Shown here in pieces: positions 1-14,136 of a stretch of DNA of 64,000 nt; position 1 is the first letter of the stretch; each line of letters opens with the position of its first letter. Both the position numbers and the translations under genes were made by a program. The stretch lies in NCBI RefSeq assembly GCF_009914755.1, contig NC_060941.1, one strand, 5' to 3'. Source of the DNA: the human T2T-CHM13v2.0 reference genome, Homo sapiens. The notes under the pieces are model-generated. The model had not been told where the DNA came from, made no database searches, and was given only the letters and a program-made list of their open reading frames with translations.

Positions 1-1292
1 AGTTGGAAAAGGAAAGATGAATGTAAACCGGGTAAAAGCAAGAACAAGCTGTATCCCTGGAGACAGCAATATGGACTCATGTTTAGCTAAACATAGATAC
101 AGATGGTTACATATAGAAATATTTATAGATATGTCTGTATACACTGGTTAGTATACACACAAATATCTTCTGGCCCAAACAGCTGAGAGGGCCAACAAGT
201 AAAGAAACTCCTGTAGCAATAAGCATACCTGGGTGTCTAGATTGTGGTTTCTAATATCATTTTTTAATAAAAGGAAACAAAACTACTGGGAAAATGGCTG
301 ATTCTAGAAGTGAAATGAGAAATATATGAGATGAGCCTACAACATCTTGTAGTGCCGGAAAGTAAGAAAGTGCTCAAAAACAAACCAACCACTATGATAG
401 GGATGTCAGAGAGATAGGAGCCAACTGAAAGGGCTCCTAATGGCCAATATTAGAACAATTTAAGCAACAAAATGAAGTAGTATAGGATTATAACCCTAAT
501 AAGAACATAAATATTCATGAGTTTATATTGACACAAGTAAATGATTGAACAAAAGAAATAAGTAAATGGGGCAGAATAGACAAATCTCTCATGCAGAAGA
601 ATTCTGAATAATAGAAATAGATATTCTGCCCTTAAGAAGGTAGAGCATAATTTCCCATTCATAAATGTGAGCTGACTGTAAGGGGCTTTCTTCCAAAGAG
701 TGCTGTATGGAAAGAGGAAGAAAAAAGAGTTACTACACAATGGGGAAACCTGACCAACACTACCTCAAACCAGGTGATCAAAGTTAGCATCAACAGTGAT
801 TAATCATATTGATAGTAAGTACCTTGATAAGATATGAAAATATGGCAGTTTACTTTGGTGTTCTTCCTCCCAAAAACATATTATCGCAGTGTAACTAGGA
901 AAGAGAAAGATAATCAGACAAATCACAACAGAGGGACATTCTACAAGATACATGACCAGTAATTTTCAAAGCTGTCAAAGTCATCAAAAACAACGGAAGT
1001 CTGTGAAACTGTGACAACCAAGAGGAGCCTAAGGAGGTGGGACTATTATGTGTAATTTGGTAATTCTAGATGAGACTCTAAAACAAAAAGAAAATACTGG
1101 AAAAAAATTAAAGAAAAAGTATGAACTTTATAATATAATGTACAAATATTTATTACTTATAACCAATATATCATACTAATATAAGATGTTAATAATAGGC
1201 ATAAATAGGTATGGGGCATATGAAAACCCTATCTTCACAATAATGTTGTAAATCTAAAACTGTTCTATAATAAAAGGCTTATTTAAAAAACT
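1..1292 (+). mobile_element. Old L1 3' end (L1MC3/L1MD-like), runs off window start
   Basis: Motifs 'ctcatgtttagct..atagatacagatgg', 'gatgagcc..catcttgtagtgcc.gaaagtaagaaagtgctcaaaa' and terminal 'tgtaaatctaaaactgttct..aataaaa' resemble recalled L1MC/MD 3'UTR consensus. Confidence 0.8.
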
Positions 1293-2499
1293 AAATGACC
1301 AGTTGGAACTCATAAGTATTAACTAGGCTGAGAAAGATGGACTATGACTTGTGTCAGTTCTTGTTTCCCTTGACCTTGATGGCATGGGTGTCCTGCAGAA
1401 GCTAGGGCCCTTCCCCTTGGAGCTAAACACCCACACCTGGCACAAGAGTCAGAGAATCTGAAGGAGGATCCTAGGGAAGAAGGAACTATTGCACGCCCTT
1501 TCTCGGCTCTGTGCCCATGAAGTGGGTCAGTAGGTAACTGGCGTGTATGAGCTTCCACAGGGCTGCTGCTTCACCTCTACACTTCAAATCTCACACAAGA
1601 ATCTGCAGTTAACCCATGCAAAAGGAAAAGAGAAGTGAAATTGTAGAAAATGTGGTTCAGCATAGCCAAGCTGGCACATAACAAATCCACCACACAATTG
1701 CACATAGACATTGTTCAATAGGGCAGCGATGTCACAATATAAACTAAACACACAACCCCGAGAAGGGTAGAGCAGACTTAAATGCATATTAAAGTATTTA
1801 TTATAAATTTTCATTGTTTCTTTGGAATAGATTTTGATAGAAAGAGGATAGCCAGAGACAATGCGAATTTAATAGTGTCCCTGACGGAAAATAGAAAGAA
1901 AGCAGAGAAGAGAACTAATAGATGGACATGAGAGAAAACAGACTTTGGCTCAATGCCAAGATTCAGCATTAATCTAAAAGAATATTTTTTCTTCTCCTGT
2001 ATAAAAATGCTTATATTAACCTAATAAATATTGATATATTGATATTATTATTTGTTAGAGCTCTCATTCAAGAATGGCTATCATGCTAAATAGTTGACAT
2101 AAAATGTAATGGTCACCTGGCTAGTTTCCAAAAGCAATTCAGAACTAGGAATGTATTAATATGATTCAATCAACACAATTGCTTTATCTTAATTTTACAT
2201 CTTAACTCAAAAATTTAAAAGCTGGCCTAAAGTCATTTCCTGGCTACCTTCTTTGTCATTGGGACCATAGGGGTTTATTGACTCTTTAAGCTGTGATTTT
2301 CTCAGGACTGAGACAGTCTCTCAACTCGACTGTACAATTTTTGTAATAAGAAATCACACACAATATGTCTTAATCCAATCTCTCTATCTCCAACAATTTG
2401 CAAAGTGTCCAGCACATAACAGGGTCCAATAAATATTTGTTAAACAAGCTATTTAATGGTGTGGGTAAACTTGCAAATAAAAAATTAAGATTATACTAG

Positions 2500-3380
2500 C
2501 AGGATGGTTTATTAATAGGTTATGAGCTTTGGAGTCAGGCAACTCTGCCACTTGAGCCTTGGGCTGGTTATTTAACATCTAAAATAAAAATACATATAAT
2601 CCATGCACTGATGATTCACAGTTTTATGTTTTTAGCCCTGAACTACAGTTCTGTATATCCAGTTGTCTGCTTGACATTTTCATTTGGACATCTAGTAGAC
2701 TTGGCAGACTCAACATATCCAAGAATAAGCTCCACATGAGTTCATCCCCTATAAATACAGGCTTTTATGGACAGTTCCATGTTTATTAAGTCTAACTCCA
2801 TTCTTCTAGTTACTTATGCCTAACATTTGATGTCATATCTAATCCCTCATTTACTATCAACTCTAGAACTAGTTCATCAGCAAATTTTGTTTTCTCTGTT
2901 TTCAAAATGCTTACAATGTGACCACTTTCCACTGTCCCTACTACTGTCATTCTGGTATCAGCCACTATCTTGACATGATTATGCCAATAGGGTCTTCCTG
3001 GTCTCCCTACTCCTGTCATTGCTGTCTTGCGGTGTGTCCTCAAACCAGCAGCCAGAGTTATTTCATTAAAAACATAAGTCAAGCTTATGTTTCTACTGGG
3101 AGTCAAAGTCAAATTCTTCACTGAGCTACAATGCCCTATAAAGTCTGTATCCCCAACCCTTCATTATCTTCTACAAGTTTGTCCCTTATACTCTCAGTCC
3201 AGCCACACTGACCTTCTTAGGATTCAGTTTTACTTGCAACAAACTAGGTATAATGATAATAATGCCTAACCTAGATCTTATTCAATGTATTAAATGAGAA
3301 AATATGTATATGAAGAGTTTAGCACAGAGCCTGGCTTCTGGGAAGCAGTAATATGAGTGAATAGTGGCTGTTATTATTTT
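2500..3380 (+). mobile_element. MIR split into two pieces (~2500-2600 and ~3240-3380) by an L2 fragment
   Basis: 'gagctttggagtcaggc..ctctgccactt' then, after the L2, 'ataataatgcctaacc..attaaatgagaaaatatg..tttagcacagagcctggc'. Confidence 0.6.
2600..3235 (+). mobile_element. L2 fragment (RT-end/3' region)
   Basis: 'ctgatgattcacag..tatccagttgtctgcttgacattttcatttggacatctagtagac..actcaacatatcc' matches the L2 consensus pattern. Confidence 0.75.
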
Positions 3381-4658
3381 TGAAGCTGTTATCATCATCA
3401 CCACTATTATTGTTTCCCAAGGAAGCAGCCTTTGAAGACAGTATACTTGCCTTGATTATTGACCTCTTCAACGATGCGACTCAAAATCACTTTTAACTGC
3501 TTCCCCCAAGTAAAATTTGTAGAAAAATTTGCTTCAGACCCTGGAGGGACTTCCAACATGCAACTTCAAAATTATCTGGGTTTCAGGAACAACACTTGCA
3601 AAACACGATTTGGTTGGGTAAACAGTCAATTAATCATATAAGTTCTAGTAATTTTTTTAATCAGCTGTATTACTGTAGTAATTCTTTATACAACGGAAAG
3701 TATAATGCATTTTGATTCAAATTTGATTAATATCCTGAACATCAGCAATAAATACAATTTAAATTTAGGTTATGCTTTTGTTTCCTTTCTGAGACATTTT
3801 TCAAAGATGGGAGCAAGTGGAAGTTTTTATTACTGTTATTGTTGCTGTTTATTTGTCCACTTGTTTCTCAGTTTCTCTTTGTGTCCAGGTTTCAGAACAT
3901 AGAAAGAATTCTGACACCAGTTTATCCTGCTGCCTAATGGTAAACTTGGGAATCAGAGTTTTTTTTTAAATACTTCTACCATTAATTTGCTTAAAATCAG
4001 GACGCAAATTCATGTCTCTATGTCTTATGGTAGAATTCCAAACCTTGTGAGATGTTGGGAAATTTCAAATAATATAGTTTAAAGTTATAAAAATCTTTAG
4101 CAATTTGTGGCACTCTATTATAATTGACAGGTTACTTATCTCTTTTCCTTCTTATATTTTAATTAATAGAAGCTCAATATATGTCTATTGAATGTTGACT
4201 GAATTGAATGAGGCTACATTAAACAGAATTCATAATACTTTACTCAGAAATGTATCACTGTAAATAAGATTAGAAGGCAGAAAACTTTGGATCTCTTGTA
4301 ATTCATAATCCAACTTTGAATTTCTAGACTTTGTTTATGTTAGTAATAAGATGTAATGACCTCCCAGGGTACAGCCTCCCTATATACTGCCTCACTGATC
4401 CGTTCTAGAGAGTGCAGGTCCTGTGCAATGTAACTCTCAACTTGCCTACTCTTGTAGCATGCACATACACACTCTACCTCATAGACATCCATACACTCAC
4501 ACACTCACACAGCCATATTCAAGACTATTATCAGCAAAAGAACTTCACCCTTTACAAAACGCATTCAAGATCTGAGTTTTCACATGGAAGTGAAACATGG
4601 AAGTTTTAAAATTATAAAATGCATGTAGGCATCAGCCATGTTTACAAGTGTCAAAACA

Positions 4659-5348
4659 TTTTTTTTTTCCTTTTTTCCTTTAAGATAGAGCCTCACTCTG
4701 TTGACCAGGCGGGAATGTAGTGGCATGATCATGGTTTGCTGAAGGTTTGACCTCCTTGGGTTCAGGTGATCCTCCCACCTCAGACTCCTGAGTAGTTGTG
4801 ACAAAGGAGGACGAATGCAGGAATAAGGACAAAGACAAAAGAGTATATTTGCAATAAGAAGTCAGGGGGGTCCTTGCTTCTAGTGAATGAGGGCCCGAGC
4901 CTTTATAGCCCTTCGCATTTTTGAGTAAAGGAGATAGGGAGAAGGGGGTATTCTGGTCAGCTGCTTGACTTAATGCAGGCCTGCATGACTTCATTCTTTG
5001 AACAGTAGTCTCCAGGTGTTCCTCAAGGAGAACAGTGCCAGGGAGTGACTGCCCCCAGCAAACCTTCTGGCAACAGGCACAGAAGCGAGTTTGCTCACAT
5101 TCTGCGCTCATGATAAACAGTTTGCTGTTTGATCATATAGCCTTCAGTGGAGTGCCGTGTTAGTCACAACTCTCAGGCCTTCGGCTCCCTACAGCATGCC
5201 ACCAAGCCTGGCTAATTTTTGGATTTTTATTAGAGATGGAGTTTCACCATGTTGCCCAAGCTGGTCTTGAACTCCTGGGTTTAGGCGATCCACCTGCCTC
5301 AGCCTCCCAAAGCACTAGAATTACAGGAGTGAGCTACTGCACCCAGCC
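4659..5348 (-). mobile_element. AluJ interrupted by an LTR (pieces 4659-4796 and 5194-5348)
   Basis: Poly-T, diverged Alu right arm, then left arm resuming after 5193; degenerate TSD tcaaaacattttt / tcaaaaaaattttt. Confidence 0.9.
4797..5193 (-). mobile_element. Solo ERV LTR, probably LTR3 family (HERV-K HML-6 type)
   Basis: TG...CA ends; minus strand begins TGTAGGGAGCCGAAGGCC and contains GGCTATATGATCAAACAGCAAACTGTTTATCATGA, recalled as LTR3-type. Family name from memory. Confidence 0.7.
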
Positions 5349-6129
5349 TCAAAAAAATTTTTAAAAGGTTTAATTTTCTCTAATTGCCTGCCAATATTCA
5401 ATGTTGGATTTCCCTTCCCTCTTGTTTAAAAGCATATTGATATAGTCTTCAATTTTCCAGTAATTTGGGGTATTAAATATTCAGCCTAGTTTGAAACCTC
5501 AATTGTAAAATCTATTTTATTCTTATATCAGCTTCCACTCACCAGCTTCCAAACTGGACCTACGATGCTGGCTTCCTAGAGTGGAATAATGTGATGGTCT
5601 GCCCTAAATATCAAAGGTGCTTGTCATCCTTCTTCAGCAGGAAAGAGTGGTATTAGATGGATACAGGGTTCTTCTTATGAAACTGGTAGTATGTCCATGG
5701 CAAGGAGGGTCTTCTTGTTTTGTGATTCTCATTAAGTAGGGTTTAGCCTCACCCTTGCTCCCTCCATCATTGGGGGTCCATCAGGAGGGATGCTATATCT
5801 CTCCCTCACTAATAATCCTTTGGGCTAGACATCCTCTATCTTGCCTAATGATTCCCTGGGCAGAGCAGTGTACCTATACATGGAGTCACACAAACTGCTC
5901 AGGTTCTTTTCCTTGGCCTACAATGACCGAGACTTTGAAAGAGAAAGAGTTTTGCTCATATATTCTTCCCAGGAACAATTATCCATGAACCCTTTTCTCT
6001 GTGTTATTCATTAAGCTTCTCACCTTCAGAAACCTCAAGTCAAAAATAAACAATTAGGGAACGGTTCTCACATGTCCCCTAATTACAAAGAATTTTCATG
6101 CCAATTACTTTTTGTATTAATAACCCATC

Positions 6130-6240
6130 TCTCCCCCTGAGAAATGTAAGCTTCAAGAGGGCAGGGATTTGTTTATTTCATATTTGATTGATGCATCCAC
6201 CATTTCTAGAACAGTGAGTATAGACTGAATGAATGAATCT
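6130..6240 (+). mobile_element. L2 3' end
   Basis: 'aatgtaagcttcaagaggggcaggga..' ending in (gaat)n tail. Confidence 0.65.
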
Positions 6241-7001
6241 TTTCTCCTAGATAATATATAGGTCCCATATAATTTTAATATTTATTATTGTGTTCATGTT
6301 ACACATGGAGAATATCAAGAAACTCCCTTGGTTTGGAGGTAATGGAGAACTGTCCAATGGTCATATGTACTATATCACAGAAAATGCCAAAGGCTTGCAA
6401 GGCTGAAAAAGAAAGAAAAACATAAAGAAATAAAATTGCAATAAAGTATAAACAAAATTGCTTTGGCAACCTGCACATACCAATATTTTTTCTGGTAAAT
6501 ATTCCACAGCTACCCACTTATTAGCATTGGATGCCAGATTTTAGGGTGATGTAATGGATTGAAGTAGGGATAAGATTATCAAATGTTGCGATGGATGAAG
6601 TTGGTTTTGCAGCTTTTAATAGCCTTTGATGAAAGAGATTCCATTTAAGTAGGGTGAAATGTGTCATTCTCTCAGTTTTGACTATTGGTTCTTTAAATTA
6701 TGCACACCCCACCAAGTTTTTGTAAAACCATCTAGCTACCCGCAATGACTCTGGGAAGCAGAAAGACTGAAGAAGAATCTTTAAGCTCATCACAGCCTTC
6801 ATGTCTTGCCTCGGGTTTCACCACAAGGAACTCTTGCGTTTTAGAGTAACTTCCTGGCTCCAGTGCTTGGAAGCAGATGGGGGCTAACAGTGCCACATTG
6901 GTGGGACTCCTCCTAAACTGGAACCTCTATGGGCCTTGATGGTTCCAGTTTTCCCCAATGAGGGCACTTGCCAACCAAACCTTCTCTATTGACCCGTACG
7001 C

Positions 7002-7617
7002 TGTATTTGTTCTCTATCACGTTGTAACAAATTACCCTAAACTTAGCATCTTAAAACAGTGCGCATTTGCCATTTCACAGTTCTGTAGATCAGAAGTCTA
7101 AGTGAGCTCAGCTGGTCCTCCGCTTAGGGTCTCAGAATATTGAAATCAGTGTCAGGCTAGGCTACGTCCCTTATTGGACACTGTGGAAGAATCAATTCAT
7201 TCAGGTTGTCGGTATAATCTAGTGGCTTTCAGTTGTGCTACTGAGGACCCCATTTTTGTATTACTTGTCATTTAGGGCTGACCCTTGCTCCTAGAGGCTA
7301 CCCACATTCCTCTTCATGCTTTCCATGTAGCCTCCCTCCAGCCACAGTGGGTCAGGTCCCTTCTAACCTTCATCAATCATCACTTCAGTTCTCTCTAACT
7401 TCCCCTTCTGTCTTTGTGACTCCATAAAGTTTTCTGTTTTTAAAGGCACACGTGATCAGGTTGTGTTCACCTAAATACTCCAGGTTAATCTATCTATTTT
7501 AACATCTATAATCGTAATTACATCTGCAAAGCCTCTTTGGTCATGGAATGTAATGTCCTCACAGATTTCAGGAATAAGAGTGGAAACATTGGGAAGAGGG
7601 CATTCTGCCTACCATAC
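7002..7617 (-). mobile_element. MLT1 (E-like) MaLR solo LTR
   Basis: Starts 'tgtatt..gttgtaacaaattaccctaaacttagc', ends 'gcattctgcctaccata' (reverse complement of tgtggtaggcagaat). Confidence 0.8.
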
Positions 7618-7900
7618 CTCTTTCTAGTAGGATCTACCAGATGCCCTGGGGATCTCTTGGATTTCCATGGATGGAATTGTCCTGGGGTTCTGCAAATGGC
7701 TTCAGTGCATGAGGGCAGCATAACAAGCAGATTGCTTCCACTGGGCAGCATGGCATTTCTTTTGTGTGATTGCATGAGATTGAGCCATCAGAATGGTTGG
7801 TGATATGCTGATTTTGAGTGACTTTCTGACACTAGATGAGGTCAGGGCTTTGGACTACTGATGGTCCACCATGAGGCATTGTTAGAAATAACAGCATTGC

Positions 7901-8054
<154 letters not shown>

Positions 8055-9339
8055 CTACTTTCTTCTCACAATAGGAATAGAAAAGTAGGCAAAATGGGAC
8101 ATGTGATAAGAAAGAACTCAAAGATATAGCTTCTGGACCTGAAAAAGAAGAAATGTGATGCCTGGATACTGTGAAGAATCTATACATGTACTAATCATAC
8201 AATTGCAAATACCTAACTTTTTCTCTATCCATTATTCTAAATCTTCACCACTTAATCACTGTGTATTATATGGACCAATTAATCTTGTAATACATTGCTA
8301 ACAAATAAAATTATTTATATAGACAATAACCCGCAGAAAATTGTTCAGTGTCTGTACACCCTAAGGGTGTCCCTGCTTATATTAGTAACATATAATAAGC
8401 ATGACATACAAATAATTGTGTCTCCCACTATACCATAAATATTTGCTTTATGATGCAAAGATTTCATAGCCCTTTTTATGTGTGTTTCATAATAGTACAA
8501 GAAGTGGATGTATCAGAATGTATTTAGTAAATTTCCTAATAATTGACACTTTCTTTAGTAGTGAATTCATTTCAGTTTGACCTTTTAGTTTTCTCTTCAT
8601 TATTTTGGTTTGTCTTTTAAGTTGGTGGGTTTTTTTTTTTAATTTGTCTTTTAACTTTTCCTACTCCTTTTCTTTGTCCATGAATGACTTTGTTATTTAT
8701 AATTATTTTGTTTTAGCTTTTGTCTTCATTCTGTATACTTAAGCTTATCTTACATAAGATTCATTGACAGACTGATCCTTCTCGGATATCCAGAAGGAAA
8801 GTAATACTTCTCTCCTATTAGACATCCATTTTTGCCTTTTCCCCCCTGCTTTTAGCACCAAATTATATAGGTTTTACCTCTTTCAAGTTTTAAAACCTTT
8901 GATAAATTAATTTTTGTTATTACTGTAGTTTAATCTGTATTTTATTCCATTGATCATATTGTCATTTCTTGCCTTTAAACCACTGATGTCCAATAAACCT
9001 TTTCTAACCTTTGACTATAGGAAATTCCCATTCATTTTTGAAACTGTTCAGATATGGGTTCTTCTAAGAGGCCTTCTCTGTGCTTTCTCTGAAGCAGAAT
9101 CTTTTCCTCCATTGTCTGTGATGCCTCTGGTTGAAAGACATCTCTTGCATTTCTTTGTGTCAATCTCTAGACTGAGCTTCTAAGTGAAGGAGGCTGGTCT
9201 TGTGGGTTAGTCATATCTACAACACTTGGCACAACTAATAGTAGTTTATGGATGGTCAATGAATGCCTTCCTCTGCAACTGTCCCACAGAAGAAAAAAGA
9301 AACTTACATCTATATTCTATCTTAGATGATTTATTTTTC

Positions 9340-9640
9340 ATTTTATTTAATATTTCCATTTTGATTATAAAATATTTTAATCACACACAAAAGTACAGAA
9401 AATGTTAAAATCAATAAAGTACCTACCTATGAGATTAGAGAGTTAGCCCTATTTGATTTTCACATATTCATAAATACAAGTGAAGTTTCACTCTCTCAGG
9501 CCCCTCTCCTTCCTTTCTCTTTTTTAGGGGCTAATGTCCCAAAGTCAGAGTGTATCATTCTCATGCATGTTCTTTAACATTTAAGGTATATGTTTGAATA
9601 TATGAACAGCATATACCACTGCGTGTATTACAAATATCTC
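9340..9640 (-). mobile_element. Old L1 (L1ME-like) 3' fragment
   Basis: 'tttgattataaaatattttaatcacacacaaaagtacagaaaat' typical of antisense L1ME 3' end; very decayed. Confidence 0.5.
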
Positions 9641-9807
9641 ATACATTAAATTAAATAGGAAAAAAGTAGTAATTTTTTACCACTGCCTTCCATTTATAGA
9701 CCTATGTTTTAACATGTCTGGACAAAGGAAAAAAAATCCTTCACTCCTTTAATCTTAGTAGCTACATGTAAATTTCTGACATCATAAATACATTTTTGCT
9801 TATTTAT

Positions 9808-10276
9808 TGTTTTAACCAAGGTTGTCCAGAGAAACAGGAAAAAATAGAATATTAATATTTATAGAAAGAGATTTATTACAGGAAATTGGCTCACACAATT
9901 ATGGAGGCTGGGAAGCCCAAAACCTGGAGGGTGGACAGATAGGCTGAAGACACAGAAGAGTCAGTGTTCCAATTTGAGTCTAAGGGCCATCTTCTATAGA
10001 ACTGAGAAGAGCTTATGCTGTTGATGAAGTGCAGAGGCAATCTGCTGGAGAAGTCTCTCTTCCTCAGGGAAGGGCATTCATTTTGTTCTTTTCAAGCCTT
10101 CAACTGACTGGATGAGGCCTACCCACATTATAGAGAACATATACTTTACTTGAAGACCACTAATTTAAATATTAATCTTATCTAAAAGCATCCTTGCAGA
10201 AACACAGAGAATAATGGTTGACCAATATCTAGGTTCCTGGTGACCCACGAATTTGACATACAAGATTACCATCACA
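9808..10276 (-). mobile_element. MLT2 (ERV-L) solo LTR
   Basis: 'ccagagaaacag..agagatttattacaggaaattggctcacacaattatggaggctg' and end 'gacatacaagattaccatcaca'. Confidence 0.85.
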
Positions 10277-10319
10277 TTTCCCTAAATCTATTTTCTTGCT
10301 TTCAGGTAAAAGTCTTTGA

Positions 10320-10675
<356 letters not shown>

Positions 10676-11159
10676 CCCATAACATTTCTTTTGGAAGACA
10701 GTCACAGCCCAGATGTGATAATTATTGTAACCTTAATTATATTCATGACACCATTCCCAATCTCATATTTCTCCATGTACCTTACGTGTTATGCACCAAT
10801 CCGTCCCAACATGCCTTTCTTCATTTGACTAATATGAAGGACTGAAACTCAGTTCTTTCACATGAAATAATTATTCCTCCTCAAATTGATCTTTGTTTCT
10901 TCTGTGAATGTTCCTCTTGGTTCTTTCCTTTCAATGCCTCTTGAGCTAAAGCCCTGGCCCTCTACATCCTTGTAATCTATGCCATTCCTTCCTAATTGAA
11001 GTTATACTTAACCCAGTTTGTGATATTTTAATTAATCCTTCAAGCCTTCTTCAAGCAAACATCCTCACTTGAAGTTTTACTTCACTTATATTTATAAGAA
11101 TTTAATTAGCCCTCCAAGGCTGCTTCTTTTGAACTTCCTCTTTGACTCCACTACTTTGG

Positions 11160-11540
11160 CTGCCATTTTTCTTAGATTTTAAGATGCCCTCTATTGTAAG
11201 ATGCATTGTTGATTAATAACAACTTTTCTTTTTTATGTGGAAGAGTTGGCAGTTCTGAATCAAAAGTACCTATTGTCTTTCATAAAACATACTAACTGCC
11301 AGAGGATATTTATTCATATAATTGTATAGCACTTCTTTTTCACTGTCACAATCAAAATTTGAATTAAAATCTTCTCCTCAGCCAGAGTCTAAAGAGACTT
11401 CTTATTTTCTTAAAGCCCCTGGATTTTAGGCATAGCATCATAGTAACAAGTTATTATTCATAACTGGTGCTCATGTGAATTTAGAAACTTCCTTCCCCTC
11501 ATCTTCTTCTGTATGTATTTTAATCATGCCTGATTTTGGT
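11160..11540. mobile_element. Possible TcMar-Tc2 (Kanga-like) DNA transposon relic
   Basis: 'ttttcttagattttaagatgccctctattgtaagatgcatt' resembles recalled Kanga termini; heavily decayed. Confidence 0.35.
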
Positions 11541-11559
11541 GTGTTTACAATATAATCTA

Positions 11560-11810
11560 CAGTAAATAATATGAGGAGCTTTATTTTTTTCCTATGCTCT
11601 AGAATTGTTTCATCATAAAAATCTATGGTTCCTTGTAGGCCTGATAGAAATGCACCTATGAAACTGTAAGTAAAGTGATATTTAGAAGTAGAAATTTCCA
11701 GGGGAGTTTTTGGTTATTGATTTAATCAAATATTTTGAGTAATTTTGTTTAGTTATGATTTCTTTATATTGACTATTTAATCTAGATATCTAAATTTGTC
11801 TGTGTAAAGT
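11560..11810 (-). mobile_element. Old L1 ORF2 fragment
   Basis: 'ttttttcctatgctctagaattgttt..tgatagaaatgcacctatgaaactg' resembles antisense L1 ORF2. Confidence 0.5.
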
Positions 11811-12034
11811 GACAAAAGCATCATTTTATAGCCGTATTGCCAGACAAGCACTTCATTTTATTTTCCACATTTATTTTTGTTTTCTTGCCTACAGTATTAA
11901 AGGCTTCTTCCCCTTTATAAATCCCTTCCTTCTTTTCTCTGTCACGTTCCCTCTTCACCTATCTTACTGTATTGAATACTTAGTTTATTATTTCTTTTTG
12001 TTTGCTAATACAGTAGAAAATATTGGCAACATTT

Positions 12035-12074
12035 CACGCACACACACACACATATACACACACACACATACACA
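12035..12074. repeat. Imperfect (CA)n microsatellite
   Basis: cacgcacacacacacacatatacacacacacacatacaca. Confidence 0.9.
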
Positions 12075-12998
12075 TCATCCATCAGAATGGGACTGCTGAA
12101 TCGAAGATTATATTAAGACTGATACATATTCCTGGAAATAACAGGAACAAATATTAGAAAGCTAATGAGCTTTTTTATTATTCCAATTGGCTATAACTAG
12201 AGGAGATAAGAAACCAATCATGCTACAGAATAGTAGAGAACCCGCTGACTCCTAAAAACCTGAGTAGCTTTTGTTCAATAAACAAAACACTATTTCCTCA
12301 GTATAGGTGTAAGATGTATGATGCCTAAAAAAATCTTGCACATTGATTAGCGACCATGTTAGTCTCTACACATCTCCAAAATGGGTGCAGGTGGGGTGAC
12401 AGGCATCACTATTCACCCCACAAAGTCTAAAATGCTCTGCTAAACTGTAAGATTCCATTGCATGGAGGTAAGAAGAAGGTCATGAGAAATTTATGAACTT
12501 TATCTTAAAGAAATGAAGTTATTCTGTAGGAAAGGCATGAAGTTTGATCAAAAAAGAGGTGAATAAGTGAGTGCCTCCAGCTTCACCTTCAGAGCCTGGG
12601 TTAGGAGTAGAGTTTACTGAAAGAATGCCCTCCTCCAAACTCTGTTTTCCTATTGAAGAAAAATAATTCTAGTTATCTTTCCTTTCATACTTAGATAATA
12701 CCTCCAGCAATTGATGTGTGTGTTAGTATTGGCTCCTTGGAGCTAAGAGTTTCTTAAGGGCTATCATACTGAGGCTGAATCTTGAAAAACTAGCAAGGTT
12801 TATTAACGTGAGTGAGAAAGAAAAAAATATGAGAAGAGGAAAAGGTAAGAACAGAAGTGTTCTCATCTATAAGAACGAAAACGTTGTCACCTAATCTGAA
12901 TTCAAATTCAACTGAGAGAAAGACTTGGAGAGAGGCAGATGAAGATAAAAATATCAGCTTTATTCCTGATGAAAATTATACTGCAATACATGATGTAA

Positions 12999-13900
<902 letters not shown>

Positions 13901-14122
13901 CCTCTCCTAGAGAACGCACTCTCCTCCCCCAAAATAAGATGCATGTATTGAAGAGAAAATCCCTATGTCCAAAACGAGATTAGGTCTATAGCAGCATGAA
14001 AACCAGAAGATGCTAACCAACACATTCCTCCTTCAATTTCAAAAATTCACCAGTTAGATAAATACTTCTTCTTCCCTTGGTAGTGTTATTCAAGGAGCAG
14101 AATTATGCAAACATGACCCTGT

Positions 14123-14136
14123 GTTGCTTAGACAAC
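14123..14136. promoter_or_regulatory. RFX X-box-like palindrome
   Basis: GTTGCTTAGACAAC (reverse complement GTTGTCTAAGCAAC); motif match only. Confidence 0.4.

Noticed and set aside
4680-5111. 143-aa ORF
   Set aside because: Spans the LTR/Alu junction; repeat-derived.
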